NCBI GenBank assembly: GCA_950097015.1
Contig: CATNEN010000038.1
Location: 13,640,001 to 13,704,000, forward strand
Length of the DNA: 64,000 nt
Direction of reading: 5' to 3'
Source of the DNA: Macrostomum hystrix
Lineage: Eukaryota; Animalia; Platyhelminthes
The translations under genes were made by a program, and so were the position numbers. This document shows positions 61,621-64,000 of the stretch, in pieces (the stretch's first letter is position 1; each line of letters begins with the position of its first letter). A model generated the notes under the pieces. That model saw nothing but the letters and a program-made list of their open reading frames with translations, was not told where the DNA came from and made no database searches.

Positions 61621-62287
61621 TTTACTATTATTAGTTCCTGAAAAGAAACATTTAAATTCGTGCGAAATGGTTTTGTTGTATAACTTTTAACCTGTAAAAT
61701 TGGGTTCTCTGTTTTTTTAGTCTTTTAATAAAATAATATTAGGAATACTGTCAGTAATATATATTTTTAATATCTATGCTTTATTCCTTTCAAGTCGTTT
61801 TTACTTTTTATAACGCTTCACCTATTAATTTTGTAGTTTGCTTAATCACAGTTCTTAATTACCCGATCTAATCCTTAAACTAATAACAAAGGTGCTCAAA
61901 TACATTGATCTTAATACTCAAAGAAGCGAGTACATTATAATGTACATTCTATTTACAATATTATGAATAGAAATATTATGCAGTGTGTTGTATCTGTTGT
62001 ATGGCTGCATGTTCTTCGCACAGCATTTTAGTTAAATTCCATAATACGAGCGGATTTTCTTATGTCAAAAGTCACGTTTTTTGCACAAAAATCTTTAAAA
62101 TTGCAGTTACTCAGTACCTTATAAATATGTTAGCAAAGTATGTAATACTGTAATACTTCTGTATAATACTTCGAATTTTATATAAGTACACTCGGATGCA
62201 TGTTCTGGGTTGTTCAAAATAAAAAACTTCTTTATATTAAAGTTTTTAGTTGCCTTGCTTTTGTACGATGCAGCTAAGCAGATCATA

Positions 62288-62606
62288 AGATGCAGGTATG
62301 CAGATGATGTGATGCAGGTATGCAGATGATGTGATGCAGGTATACAGAGTATGTGATGCAGGTATACAGTGGATATGATGCAGGTATACAGAGTATGTGA
62401 TGCAGGTATACAGTGTATGTGATGCAGGTATGCAGATGATGTGATGCAGGTATGCAGTGAATATGATGCAGGTATACAGAGTATGTGATGCAGGTATACA
62501 GAGTATGTGATGCAGGTATACAGTGTATGTGATGCAGGTATACAGAGTATGTGATGCAGGTATACAGAGTATGTGATGCAGGTATACAGTGTATGTGATG
62601 CAGGTA
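62288..62606. repeat. 22-bp minisatellite (gatgcaggtatacagagtatgt)
   Basis: About 14 copies. Confidence 0.95.
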
Positions 62607-62747
62607 CTGTACGAGGCCTTTGTAAGCACTACTGCTGTGCCATGGGTCATGGGTCAGTTTAGTCAATTCGAGCTGCTTCTGTCTCAACAGGTCTAGGTGT
62701 AATTCTGTATTATTCATCATTATTCATTTGTTAACCAATTTCAGCAA

Positions 62748-64000
62748 ATGGCCGCGGCGGCGTCAAAGACGCAGCAACAGCCGCTTGACCAGCAGCAGCA
62801 GCAGTGCAGCCAGTGCGGCAAGTCAGGCGACTGGCAGCGCTGCGGCCGTTGCCGGAACGCCCGTTACTGCGGCCGGGCCTGCCAGCGTCAGCACTGGCCC
62901 CTGCACCGGCAGCTGTGCGATCAGCTGGCCGGCATGCTGATTTGGACCGAATTTATGCAGCGGCTGGGCAGCCAGCTGCAGATCAGCCGGTTGGACAGCA
63001 TGCCGTTGTCTCCAATGCGCCAGATCATGTCGGAGGAGCTGCTGGCCCCGTTCCTCAATCTCAACTGGCCCTGGCTGCTGTTCGGATTCTTTCAGCTGGT
63101 GCCTTCTGCTCAGCCGGAGACTGGCCATTGTGAGGCTGCCGAGTATTGGAAATCCCACACCCTACTTCCACAGATATTCCGTGTTTTGTTGAGTATTAGC
63201 AATGCATCTGAAGGCTGCGTACAGTTCAGTCCATGGACTGGGGGATGCCACACCCACCCTCAATTAGTCCAGCTATTGCTGGTACCCTAATTAACAGCTG
63301 GGCGAACTGAAGCAATGCAGAGTTTTGTGTCTTGCTAAAGGACACATATTGTTGCAGTGGAGTCGGGAATCGAACCCCTGACCTTCAAGTCGTGAGTGCG
63401 ACACTAACCACCACTTTTATTGTTGCTTGTCCGAAAATTCGATCGCATTCATTTAGCCCTTCTCCCAATAATTTTAATAGTTATTGCAGGGGGCTGCGGG
63501 CAACGGTGCATCATTTTGTGACGCTGGACCCAGAGCCAGCGGGGAGGCAATTCTGCCCATTTCGCACAGATACCGTACGCACACGCTCACACAGATGTGT
63601 ACATCTGCCCTGAATTTCTCATCGTCAGGCAGTGTACACTTCACTGTGCCTTGGAGGTTGGCCCTCGAGGACGTAAATTTCCCGACAAGCCCCCGAGCCT
63701 TCTCTCCGTGGCTGTGCATTAAATAAATGTGGCCTCGCCGCGAAATCGAGCTCAGGTACCTTTGTGCGAGAGGCAAACGCGTTAATCGCTCTGCCACTGA
63801 CCCCCGCCCTTCTGCCATCAGACCTGTTCTTCACTCCGCCGCTGGCCCTGCCCGGCATTCCGGTACTGCTCTGCTCGTCGCCTCAGTCCGTGCCCGAGCA
63901 CCTGAACACTGGGCGTCCTGGCATGGTCGAATCTCTGCTAGCCCTTGGCCGTAAACCGGTTCTAGCCAGTTTAGACCAGATAGTCGGCAAGCCGGCCGCT
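62748..64000 (+). CDS. MYND zinc-finger protein, 3'-incomplete; probable exons 62748..63129 and 63822..>64000
   Basis: CSQC...CGRCRNARYCGRACQRQHWPLHRQLC is a canonical MYND finger. Donor T|gtgagg and acceptor catcag|AC give an open frame to the window end; the splice choice is tentative. Confidence 0.75.
63200..63415 (-). mobile_element. SINE family 1 copy, intronic
   Basis: Minus strand ggttcgattcccgactccactg...ctttagcaagacac...cccagctg...gagggtgggtgtggc...gtacgcagccttcagatgc. Confidence 0.82.
63478..63805 (-). mobile_element. SINE family 2 copy, intronic
   Basis: Colinear with 10062-10430, with an internal deletion in the gtgt-rich part. Confidence 0.85.

Noticed and set aside
63130-63290. 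C-terminal part of ORF 62748..63290
   Set aside because: It reads into an antisense SINE; more likely intron.

Overview
Eukaryotic (metazoan) genomic DNA: spliced genes with short GT-AG introns, many 16-46 bp minisatellites, tRNA-derived SINEs and non-LTR retrotransposons. The overall style suggests a free-living flatworm such as Macrostomum, but this is inference only. Genes reconstructed by hand from splice sites and frame continuity: an AAC4-like protein, an intronless RhoGAP, an ankyrin-repeat plus protein-kinase gene, LIN-9, tRNA-Pro(UGG), tRNA-Asn(GUU), a small acidic ORF behind a long uORF, FBXL16, a GPI-anchored Ly6/Quiver-like protein, an Egalitarian-like protein, two tandem paralogous ~850-aa genes, a qRRM pseudogene fragment and a MYND-finger gene running off the right edge. 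Mobile DNA: a 4.65-kb APE-RT-RNase H LINE with two lesions, a 5'-truncated relative with a 12-bp TSD, two SINE families and a probable solo LTR. Best leads: (1) the tandem pair looks like intron-containing, catalytically degenerate (domesticated) hAT transposases that share a ~535-bp near-identical tract; (2) the Egalitarian-like protein has a cold-shock/OB-like domain in place of the exonuclease domain and keeps a C-terminal TQT dynein-light-chain motif; (3) one SINE family shares a covarying 3' stem-loop with the resident LINEs; (4) the first gene may take its start codon from a spliced-leader AUG. No database searches were possible; family calls rest on recalled motifs.
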